A stretch of DNA of 64,000 nt, taken from the NCBI RefSeq assembly GCF_964204645.1, contig NC_134031.1:9920001-9984000 (forward strand). Direction: 5' to 3'. Numbering within the stretch: position 1 is the stretch's first letter; each line of letters begins with the position of its first letter. Positions 50,968 through 60,788 of the stretch are shown piece by piece. The translations under genes were made by a program, and so were the position numbers. The notes under the pieces are model-generated. The model did not search any database. It saw nothing but the letters and a program-made list of their open reading frames with translations, and was not told the origin of the DNA. Source of the stretch: Tubulanus polymorphus. Its lineage: Eukaryota > Animalia > Nemertea.

Positions 50968-52074
50968 ATGAAAAAAGAACAATATTTAAGAGATTTATAT
51001 TATAACCCAGAAAGTGAAGTATCATATTCTAACGTTTCAGAATTATGGAATAAAATTAAATCTGATAATGAAAATGGTAATGGTGCCGTATGGCACCCAC
51101 ACGGTGATATAAAATATAGTGAACTAAGATTATGGTTACAAAATCAACCAACATATCAAATCCACAAGAAAATGGATAAAACTTATTTAACAAGAAAAGT
51201 TATGGTTTCATATATCGATCAACAATGGCAAGCAGATTTAATTGACATGAAGAACTTAGAGGAATACAACAAAGGATATTTCTGGATATTAAATGTTATA
51301 GATATATTCAGTCGATACGCATGGTCAATTCCAATCAAAAATAAAACTGGAATAGAAGTTACAAATGCTTTTAAATCTATATTTAAAGAAGATATTCCAG
51401 ATAAGATACAATTTGATGAAGGTAAGGAATTCTATAACAAACATTTTAAAAAACTATTATCTGATAACGATGTAGATTATTTTTCAACACATTCAGATAA
51501 AAAAGCATCTATTATAGAAAGATTTAATAAAACATTGAAAACTAGAATGTGGAAATATTTTACTGCAAATGAAACATATAAATATATCGATATATTAGAT
51601 GATTAAGTGAAAGGTTATAATAATTCTAAACATAGTTCTATAAATATGAAACCTATACAAGCTAGAAAAGAAGATAATTCAGAAATAGTTTGGAATAATT
51701 TATATGGAGCGTTTGTTACACATGATTCCGGTGAACCTAAATTTAAAATAGGACAACACGTTAGAATATCTAAATATAGAAAAACATATTATAAAGGTTA
51801 TACCCCTAATTTTACAGAAGAAATCTTCAAGATTAAAAAGATAATATTAACTAAACAATTTGTTTATAAACTAGAAGATTTAAAAGATGAAGAAATATTA
51901 GGTTATTTCTATGAACAAGAATTATCACTTGTACCAAATCCAGATGAAATAGAATACGAAATAGAAAAAGTATTGAAAACAAAAACTCTTAAAGGAAAAA
52001 AGTATTCTTTGGTGAAATATAAAGGATATGATGATAAATTTAATGAATGGATTTTATCTAGTAAAATTAAATGA
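50968..52074 (+). pseudogene. Retroviral-type DDE integrase with chromodomain; single in-frame TAA at 51604-51606
   Basis: WQADLIDM, VIDIFSRY, QFDEGKEF, IIERFNKTLK; chromodomain YEIEKVL...LVKYKGYDDKFNEWI. The two track ORFs are in the same frame. Confidence 0.93.
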
Positions 52075-52078
52075 ATAA

Positions 52079-52690
52079 ATGAATAAAGATTTATTTATAT
52101 TTGAACCGCATAATATGTTAGTTACTGGTGTAACCAATTGTGGTAAAACACATTTCATATTAGATTAGTTAGAAACTATTTATAAGAATCATTTTGATAA
52201 TATAATATTATTCTTCCCTACTTATGAAATGAATAAAACATATAATAGAGATATAGTTAGGATGAAAAAGTTTATTATATTAGATCCTAAAACAGTAAAA
52301 GAAAATTTAGATAATTGTATAAAAATAGCAATTGATACTTATAAAGGATCAAATACATTATTCATTATAGATGATTGCGCAAATTTACATGATTCAAAAG
52401 TTAGAGAAAGTGAGTTATGTTATCTAGCTTTCTCTGGAAGACATTTCGGGATAACAACATGGGTTTTAAATCAAAAATATAATTCAATTGTTAAAGACTT
52501 TAGAGAGAATATAAGATTTCTAGTTTTATTCTACAACAAAGATAAAAAATCTATGCAACAATCATTGGAGGAAAATCAAATTATACCTACTGAATTACAT
52601 GATGAAAATATGAATAAATTAAAGAATAATAAAGGTTCAAAATTATTACTGAGATTACAATTTCCATATGAATATAAATTTATAAAATAA
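52079..52690 (+). pseudogene. A32/FtsK-HerA-type packaging ATPase; single in-frame TAG at 52166-52168
   Basis: Walker A GVTNCGKT, Walker B LFIIDD, SGRH and VLNQ motifs. Confidence 0.92.
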
Positions 52691-53040
52691 CTATTTATAT
52701 ACCTATGTATTAGATACCCTATTAGATACCCCAATACCTGATACCCTTTTAGATACCCTATTAGATACCTTAAATACTTAAAACCCCCTTTTTTAAATAA
52801 ATATTTATACAATTTTCAACCAATTTATTTTTATTTTTTCAACTAATATATGAATAAGTTTGAAAATAATAAAGGTTATTTATTATTACTGAGGTTTCAA
52901 TTTCCATATGAATATCAGTTTATAAAATAAGATATTTTATGTATTAGATTGTATTAGATATGTATTAGATACCTTAAATACTTAAAAACCCCTTTTTTAT
53001 TTACTATTATTTTATACAATTTTCAACCTTTATTACTTTT
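52609..53040. repeat. About 240-bp diverged tandem duplication of the ATPase 3' end and downstream region, with TATTAGATACC microrepeats
   Basis: TATGAATAA...CAATTTCCATATGAATAT...TATAAAATAA...AAATACTTAAAA.CCCC occurs twice. Confidence 0.8.
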
Positions 53041-53106
53041 TGAGTTAAATATAATTAATGTCTTAATCACTTTCATCATCAGACCCTAACAATTTATTCA
53101 AATTCT

Positions 53107-53982
53107 CTACCGAATTTTCTCTTCAAATTCTTTATTATTTTTATACTTTTTCATCCTTTCTACCGCATCATCAATAGTTTCTTCTTTATGTTTCATAGAA
53201 TCTTTATTATCAATATCTGTAACTATATTACCATGTGGGTGCCATACGGCACCATTTTCATTATTATCTTTATTAGTGTTTGCTCCTAATATTTCATTTA
53301 CAATGTTTGATTCTAATTTAATACCATCGGTTAAATCTAATTCATCTTTATTAGAAACACCTAATAATAAATCTTCATATAATTCTTTACCATTTACTTT
53401 TTGATTTGAAACAAACTTTGTAACATATCTAAATGGGTGTTCTAAAAATTCTCTTAAACCAACACGTTTTATAACATTAGTAATATGTACCTTTGTATTC
53501 ATATGTTTATTCCAATTTGATGGAGCGTTTGAAAATTCACCTTTACAATATCCACAATAATTTCTTTTTTCACTAACATTTAATATTATTTCATTATTTG
53601 ATGTAGAAGGTATTACATTATTAGATGTAGAAGGTATTACATTATTAGATGTAGAAGGTATTACATTATTATATGTAGAAGGTATTAAATTATTAGATGT
53701 AGAAGGTATTACATTATTATATGTAGTAGGTATTACATTATTAGATGTAGAAGGTATTACGTTATTAGATGTAGAAGGTATTATATTATTATCAATTACA
53801 TTACTTAAATTATCAACAACACCACTTTTATTATTATCTATTTCTATTAGTTTAGTTATATAAATTTTGAAAATAGGATCAAATATCAAAGCTATATTAC
53901 AAGGTATTACATAATATAAACCATCATTATTTTCATGTGTATCGATATATGGAATATGTTTATATACTTTACCTCCTTCCAT
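53107..53982 (-). CDS. Accessory protein with IPSTSNNV repeats and a C2H2-like zinc finger (291 aa)
   Basis: Intact ORF; about 8 x 24-bp repeats at 53590-53790; YCGYC...WNKHMNTKVH. Confidence 0.75.
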   Translation of the reverse strand: MEGGKVYKHIPYIDTHENNDGLYYVIPCNIALIFDPIFKIYITKLIEIDNNKSGVVDNLSNVIDNNIIPSTSNNVIPSTSNNVIPTTYNNVIPSTSNNLIPSTYNNVIPSTSNNVIPSTSNNVIPSTSNNEIILNVSEKRNYCGYCKGEFSNAPSNWNKHMNTKVHITNVIKRVGLREFLEHPFRYVTKFVSNQKVNGKELYEDLLLGVSNKDELDLTDGIKLESNIVNEILGANTNKDNNENGAVWHPHGNIVTDIDNKDSMKHKEETIDDAVERMKKYKNNKEFEEKIR

Positions 53983-54014
53983 TTATTATATAAATTTTTA
54001 TTAAAGTTAAAATT

Positions 54015-55272
54015 TTAATACATAACACTATTTAATTGAGAATTTACAATATTTAATTGCGCGTCAGATATAATATAAATGTGCATTTTAAAATTGTTGT
54101 CTCCTCTTTTCTTTTTCATGAATAATTGTATTCCATCTTTAGTGTTCTGTAATTTTTTTCCAGAACCATGTAATGAATTATCCTCTGTTGTTCTAAAATC
54201 TAACCATAATGCGTATTAATTACCGGTATAATAATCAATTTGATTAATATCACAATTTTCAGATGATTTCACTTTTTCATTCATAAAATGTTTTCTAATT
54301 TCTGGCCATTGATCTATCACTCTCATTCCTTGACAAAATATTTTATTTGCTATTCCTTCGATAGTTATTTCTACTTTTGTTATTTCAGGATTGTAATAAT
54401 TATCAACATTTATTGCGCCATTAGTATATGTTGCAATGGTAAAAAATATCAATATACCTTTAATAGATCTTCTTGGGAAGTTAATATTCTCATTAATAAT
54501 TTCATCATTTGCATTAATAGTTACGGTTTTAAATTTATCAATATAATCATATAATAATGAAAATCCTTGATTGTATTTAGTTTGAATTATACTTGCAATA
54601 TTTTCATCAGTTACTGTATCATATTCTAAACATATATTCGATAATTGATAACTCATATCTTTATTAACGCTAGATATTACAATTTCATTAACAGGAGCAA
54701 ATGTTATTTCGAATATAACGTCTTCTTGAATTGCGTATTTATATAAAGGCGCATTATTATTTATCAATTCAAAGTCTAACGGAATTTTATATTTGCTTCC
54801 ATATATACTTTTTATCAATTTATCTATAGAATTAGTTAATATTGCATTATATGCTTCTGATCTTAATTTATTTTGGTTTTCTGATTGGATTCCTTGAAAA
54901 ACGTATTATTTCTATTTTCTTTAGTTAACCATAAATCTTTATAATGCATAAATGAATTATAATCATCTAATGAGAAAACTGTTTCTGGACCAATCTTTAT
55001 AGTTAGTTTTTTAATCAAATATCTTCCAACATTATCAACAACATAATTATTATTATTACCGATTACTTTTATATCGCCTGATAAATAAATACTATTTGGA
55101 ACATAAAAAGTATTTTGTGTTAATCTCGGAATTCTAACATATAAAGTTTCATCGGGATTAATATTAGAAGGGTTATGAGTAATTATATGATGTGATCTTT
55201 CTGCTTTAATAGCATTAGATATTCTTAAGATATTCTATGATTCTTAGAAGGATTGATATAACTCCCACTCAT
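54015..55272 (-). pseudogene. Major capsid protein (double jelly-roll/hexon-like), ~415 codons with a few lesions
   Basis: THNPSNINPDETLYVRIP, NVGRYLIKKL, YKDLWLT, KYKIPLDF, YYNPEITKVEITIEG and LWLDFRTT..LHGSG match my recollection of Polinton MCPs; size and context agree. Confidence 0.82.
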
Positions 55273-55292
55273 TTATTTAAAAAAAAAATTAA

Positions 55293-56809
55293 TTATTTAT
55301 TTTTAATCATGTTTACTAATCCAAAAATAATAGCACTTACAACTGAAATTAAAAATAAAATAATATGTTCAGCAGCAAAGTTAATAATGTTTCCTACAGA
55401 TTTCAATATAAAACCAACAATTGATGCAATAATTCCTGGTAAAGCTGCAGCAGATTTTTTAGATAGTTCCCGTAAATATTTTGCTAATTTCTTTAAACCA
55501 TCCTTAACTTATCTTGTATAGAATTATTGTCATTCGGGGGTTTATCTGGTTTATTTGGAGTAGGAGTAGATTTTAAAGCATTTGATATTGCTAAACCAAT
55601 TGTTGTAAATAACATAGTAACAGCTGTTAGAATTGAAAGAATTGTTATTCCTTCTAATTTAAATAACAATTTTATTCTATCTTTTAATGATATTTTAGAA
55701 TCTGGTTTCATCAACAAATCTTTAAAAATAGCTTTTAATCTAATTATATTATAATCATATGATTGTAACAATAATTTAATTTCTTCTTTTTGTAATTCTA
55801 TGTTATATTCTAAATCATCTTTTTCTTTTTCTAAACGTAATTCTTTTTGCCTATATTCTATTTCATCAATTACTTGATGATCTAAATCAGACTTTAATTG
55901 TTCTATTTCTTTATTTTTATCAGTTAATTCTTTTTCTAAAGTTCTAATTTTAAAATCTCTTATACTTTTATCATGCGCAATTTTATCAGATGCAAGTCTT
56001 ATACTTTTAATTTCTCTAATTGCTTCATCAGAAAATATATTATTTAAATCTTCTAATTGTTGATCTGTTGCATCAATTAATCCATTCGGTAAAAGTTTTT
56101 CAATTGGAACTTTATTTGATTTAAATTTACTAGTTTTGGAATTTATATTCTGTTCAGAGTTTCTTTCTGGTTCTAAATTATTATCGATTGTTTCAAATAA
56201 GTCATCAATTTTTTGACTAAATACTCTTATATTATCATCTCTTTCTTCTTGTGTAACATCAGTTATTTCATTAGTATTACTTATTCTCTTAATTGTATCT
56301 GGTTCTAACTTAAGCAAAGTTGATTCCGCTAATAATTTTATTTAGTCTTGTCTTTTGATTAGTGATATCAATATAATAATCACCACCCAAACGATAATAA
56401 TATTTACCTTTAAAAAGTTTTAATTTTTGTACTAAAAGTCCGGCGCCTCTATAAATTATATTATATCCAGAATCTTTAAATACACGTTGAAAATCATACA
56501 TAAATTCAAAATTTTCTCTTTCTAAATCTTGATTTAAATTTTCAGGAGGTATTCTCGATCTAGTTCTTCTATCATGTTCATCTGTTGATGGGACTTTAGT
56601 ACCACTATCTGCTAAATTAGAATAGGTGCTAATCTTAATGAAACTAATATTGATAATGATGATGAATCAGAATATGCTGATTCATCATCATTATCAATAT
56701 TAGTTTCATTAAGATTAGCACCTGCATCATTATAATCATCATCAATATATCCTTCATTATTATTTCCCATGTCACCCAATGGAATATCTTCTCCACCTTC
56801 TACATCCAT
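55293..56809 (-). pseudogene. About 500-aa protein: acidic N-term, long coiled coil, C-terminal hydrophobic/amphipathic helices; frameshifted
   Basis: Joins track ORFs 56612-56809, 56310-56501 and 55493-56317 with a final frame ending at 55293; homologs at 1-1263 and 13464-14490. Confidence 0.75.
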
Positions 56810-56825
56810 TTACATAATAAAAAAA

Positions 56826-58178
56826 TTAAAATTTAAAATATAATATTCCTCCGATTACAATTCCTATACAAGTTATAGCTAATTTAGTATTTTCATGGGA
56901 TTTATTATCATCATTTAGTTTAATTATATCATGTTGAATATTATCAGTTCTAATATCACCGTGTGGGTGCCGTACGGCACCATTTTCTGATGTATTGTAA
57001 TCTTTTATTTTAGAATCATTATTTAATTTAATATTCTTAGTTTTAGTTTCTGTTGATTGAATGTGTTTTTTATTTTTTTCACCTTCCATTAATTTTGGAG
57101 CAGTAATAATCTTTTTATTTATATCATTTAATCCAAACTTATTATTTATTGTTGCAGTTTTAATTAGATTATTATAACCAATTATGTTTCCCATCTTTAA
57201 TACTAAATCATTAGAAATAATAAATAGATTAGGGCCTATACAATAATTTAATCTAATATGTGATTTATCTAAATACTTTTGATATCTTACAATGTTTGCT
57301 GGAATCGATCTATTTTTATCATTATGAATTGAATCTTCAAATAACACTTTGAATTGTTTCTGCGCATCAAATGAAGTGTTATCATTTCCAATTATTGGGG
57401 ATCTTGTTTCAACTTGCGCACCTAAAATACATATCAAATAAGTTCTAATAGATTGATTTATTCTTTGTATACCAGCTTTAGTAAAACCTTCACTATTTTC
57501 TAAAATGAAATTAACCCAACCATTATTGTTTTGTTGTTGTATATTATTATAATATTTTGGTAATTCATTCCAATTTAGTGTTCTTATATCTGAATTTGTC
57601 ATTATTTTTCCAAGTTCTTTAGTGTATAATATTCCTAATCCACCCATTGTTCCAATTTTTGCTCTAAAATCTTTATTTGAATTAATATTACATTCATTAC
57701 ATATTTTATAAAACTTAGAAAAATTAATATTATTATTCAATTCTTTGAAAAATTTTGAACATGGTAAAGGACATTCTAATTCATCTAATATTAATTTTAT
57801 TTGAAAATGTGTATGAAATCTAAAAAGTGATAAGATCAATGGTAAACTTGGTTTGTTTAAATGATCATTCCAACTAATTCCACATCCTGTTGTTGCACAA
57901 TAAACAGCAAAATTTAATTGGTTCTGCCAATACTTCATATTAGATTTTATTAACCATTGTTTTGCCTCATTTAAATTTTTGAAATTAATTGTATACACAT
58001 GAAATATATTTTCCATCTTTACATGAAAATTATTACTTTCAGTAACATAAATATATAAATCAATTAATGAATTTAAAACTTCATTTCTATATGTAATATC
58101 TTTATTAAAATCTATTGCAGGAATATTATATTTAATTGATTTATTATATTGGAAAGCTTTTGGAAAACTATCTGCCAT
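56826..58178 (-). CDS. Conserved Polinton protein of unknown function (450 aa, C-terminal TM)
   Basis: Intact ORF; WQNQLNFAVYCATTGCG motif; two decayed homologs in the window. Confidence 0.85.
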   Translation of the reverse strand: MADSFPKAFQYNKSIKYNIPAIDFNKDITYRNEVLNSLIDLYIYVTESNNFHVKMENIFHVYTINFKNLNEAKQWLIKSNMKYWQNQLNFAVYCATTGCGISWNDHLNKPSLPLILSLFRFHTHFQIKLILDELECPLPCSKFFKELNNNINFSKFYKICNECNINSNKDFRAKIGTMGGLGILYTKELGKIMTNSDIRTLNWNELPKYYNNIQQQNNNGWVNFILENSEGFTKAGIQRINQSIRTYLICILGAQVETRSPIIGNDNTSFDAQKQFKVLFEDSIHNDKNRSIPANIVRYQKYLDKSHIRLNYCIGPNLFIISNDLVLKMGNIIGYNNLIKTATINNKFGLNDINKKIITAPKLMEGEKNKKHIQSTETKTKNIKLNNDSKIKDYNTSENGAVRHPHGDIRTDNIQHDIIKLNDDNKSHENTKLAITCIGIVIGGILYFKF

Positions 58179-58194
58179 TTATATAATTAAAAAA

Positions 58195-58620
58195 TTAATA
58201 TTTTATTAATTCTTTTAATAATTTATCTTGTTCTTCAACTGTTATATGACCATTTAAACTTATTATATAATCTAGTGTGTTCTTTAATTTATTAATTTCT
58301 TTTATATTAGTTTTAATTTTTTCGTTATTACTTTTTATATTTAATTTTGAACTTATACCAGTTAATACACTTGAACTTAATCCTAATACACCAATTGATA
58401 TAGCTAAAGGTGTTAATGGGCTGAATATTGCTAGAAATGTTATAACAGAACTAATTGTAACCGAACCACTAATAATAAGATAATATATAATTTTACATTT
58501 TAAATATTTTTTCTTTTTTATCTTTAAGTCACTTTCAAATTCTAATATTTGTTTTTCTAAATATATTTTTAATTTAGTTTTATTTATATCATGAGGAATA
58601 ATATCAATATTATCATCCCT
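58195..58620 (-). pseudogene. Two-TM coiled-coil small protein; start codon mutated (TAAATG to TAAAGG)
   Basis: 142-codon frame with no stop seen before its end; the homolog at 15511 retains the ATG. Confidence 0.7.
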
Positions 58621-58640
58621 TTATTTAGCAAAAAAAATTA

Positions 58641-59063
58641 CTAATTAGTAAACTTATTAGCAACAAATATAACAATAACTGTTCCACCTAAAATCCAAAT
58701 TATTTCATATTTCTTCTGTTCATTACTTGGGGTATAATAATCTGATATTGTAGGTTTATGTAGATCTAATTTTTCTTTATTTGTTACCGCGTTATATAAA
58801 CTCATTGCATCATCAACTGATTGAAAATCTCTATGTGAAATCTTCTGATCATATAATTCTTTGTTAATATAATCCATATAGTTTTGTCGTTTTTCTCTGT
58901 ATTCTTCTGCTGCTTTATTGTATTTCTCTAATGCTAAGTTATGTCTTCTTTGTTCTCCTAATGAACTATTTTTATCAATATGCATAAATAAATAACCACC
59001 ACCAGTAAATGCTAAAGCGTTAACAATTGCCGATCCTATAATAGTTATAATTGCAGAAGCCAT
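58641..59063 (-). CDS. Conserved Polinton protein (140 aa), hydrophobic at both ends
   Basis: GSAIVNALAFTGGGYLF...EQRRHNLALE; remnant homolog at 15540-15700. Confidence 0.8.
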   Translation of the reverse strand: MASAIITIIGSAIVNALAFTGGGYLFMHIDKNSSLGEQRRHNLALEKYNKAAEEYREKRQNYMDYINKELYDQKISHRDFQSVDDAMSLYNAVTNKEKLDLHKPTISDYYTPSNEQKKYEIIWILGGTVIVIFVANKFTN

Positions 59064-59087
59064 TTATTTAGTAAAATAATTACGCAT

Positions 59088-59309
59088 TTATATGGGAGGG
59101 ATATATTTTTGTTTTTCCAAATAATCAATAGTTAAATTAGATAAAGTAACTGCTAATGTTAATTTTAAAATATCATTTATATCAAATCTATCAAAATTAA
59201 CACTTCCCATTTTAAATACTTTTTTTAATACCATTGAATAACCAACAGTTCCAACTGATAGTAATGCTCCATTATATAATCCAGTTATTATCCACTTATT
59301 ATCACTCAT
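59088..59309 (-). CDS. Small Polinton protein (73 aa)
   Basis: Intact, TAAATG start; 5' homolog at 44116 (KWIITGLYNGALLS). Confidence 0.7.
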   Translation of the reverse strand: MSDNKWIITGLYNGALLSVGTVGYSMVLKKVFKMGSVNFDRFDINDILKLTLAVTLSNLTIDYLEKQKYIPPI

Positions 59310-59645
59310 TTATTTATCAAAAAAATTACTATCATCAATATATTTAGTTACTATGATTAATTCAACATTTATTTCATTACTACTTTTATGATTATCATAT
59401 ATTTTGGTTAATGTGTTTTTAATATCATCAATAATTCCATCTTCATTTAATTCATAATATTCTAAAGGTGATTTAATTAAATCAATTACTTTTTCTATAT
59501 TATAATTTTCTTTATTAATCATTGATGCATTGTTAAATGATTTACTTTTTATATCAGAAATTACATCATTTAGTTTAATTCTCATTTCTTTACCATGTTT
59601 AAAATCAAACCCAAAACATATACTCGGTCCAACAGTTAAATTCAT
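59310..59645 (-). CDS. Polinton hypothetical protein (111 aa)
   Basis: Intact; homolog of 43759-44115. Confidence 0.7.
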   Translation of the reverse strand: MNLTVGPSICFGFDFKHGKEMRIKLNDVISDIKSKSFNNASMINKENYNIEKVIDLIKSPLEYYELNEDGIIDDIKNTLTKIYDNHKSSNEINVELIIVTKYIDDSNFFDK

Positions 59646-59662
59646 TTATATAGTGAAAAAAA

Positions 59663-60417
59663 TTACTCTCTACATCTTATAACTAATTCATAAATTACGG
59701 GGAAATTATTTAAATCAATTAAGTATCCATTGTGATTTCTAATTTCTAATTTAAAATTATTAAAACGAGGAATGCATGGTTTGAAATCACATTCTGTTAA
59801 ATTATAATTTATTTGCGTTCCAAATTCTTTAACATTCTTCAATGGTAAAATGTTTAATAAACCAGAATTACAAGTTATATCTTTAGTTGCTTCGAATGTT
59901 TTTGTAGGATCGATTAAATTGCAATAAATATAGAAGTGTGTAAAAGGCATTATATTTGGTGTAGCATCAGCATTGCGTATCCTTACATCTGGGGTTATTC
60001 CTAAAATTTTAGCTAAAGGTTTTTTAACTAGAAATTGATGTTGATCTTCATTACCTAATTTTATTCTTATTTTATCGGAGCTATCACTTTTAATCAGTCT
60101 TAATCCAAATCCAGCAGATGCACCCATTTTCAACCGAGCTCTTCTATTAATTTCCTGCGCTAATGATTCTACATTATATAATCCTGGTTTAAGATAAAGA
60201 TGAAACCATTTACTTTTATTTCTATCATGAATTAAAAAGACTCTATGTTCAATAGTTTTATCCGATACATTGTAAAAAGAATTACATAAACTTATATTAA
60301 CTAATTTTAAACACAATTTTTATATTCTCTATCTAATTGTACTAGTAAATTATGTGATTTATAATTTGTAAGTCTTCTAGAATCAACAAATATTCTGTAT
60401 TCTTTTAATTCTACCAT
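59663..60417 (-). pseudogene. Minor capsid protein (penton-like); true start 60417, small deletion frameshift near 60312
   Basis: MVELKEYRIFVDSR start matches 42958; LKPGLYN, LAKILGI, FYIYCNLID, LEIRNHNGYLIDLN. Confidence 0.78.
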
Positions 60418-60434
60418 TTATTTTACATATCTTT

Positions 60435-60788
60435 TTATTCGAAATCTATTTCGTGGTGCCCTTTTTCATTCTTACCTTTGTATACGAAATAGAAATCTCC
60501 AGAACATAATTCTTCTAAATCTTCACTTGATAATCTATGAAATCTATCCGGTAAATATGTTCTGAATTTATATGTATTTTCTTTTAATCCTTCATATTCT
60601 AAGTGTATAACTAATTTATCTCCATATTTGTTAGTAACTGTATCAATATTTGTAATTAGATATTTCTTATGAATTGTTAATTCTGTTAACTTTTTGAATT
60701 TATAATCTACTGATTTGACATTTGAAGTATCTTTTATTCTATCTAGAAATAATTTGTTGTTCTCACTGTGCGCTTATTTACTCTCCAT
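60435..60788 (-). pseudogene. 118-codon ORF missed by the track (TAA at codon 5), possibly OB-fold ssDNA-binding protein
   Basis: Manual translation FKKLTELTIHKKYLITNIDTVTNKYGDKLVIHLE...FRTYLPDRF...FYFVYKGKNEKGHHEIDFE*. Confidence 0.65.

Noticed and set aside
49118-60788. Stop-codon reassignment or readthrough (in-frame TAA/TAG in HNH, INT, ATPase, MCP and the small ORF)
   Set aside because: Homologs show different residues at the stops (Leu in INT, Lys in MCP), genes end normally in TAA/TAG, and frameshifts co-occur. This is ordinary decay.
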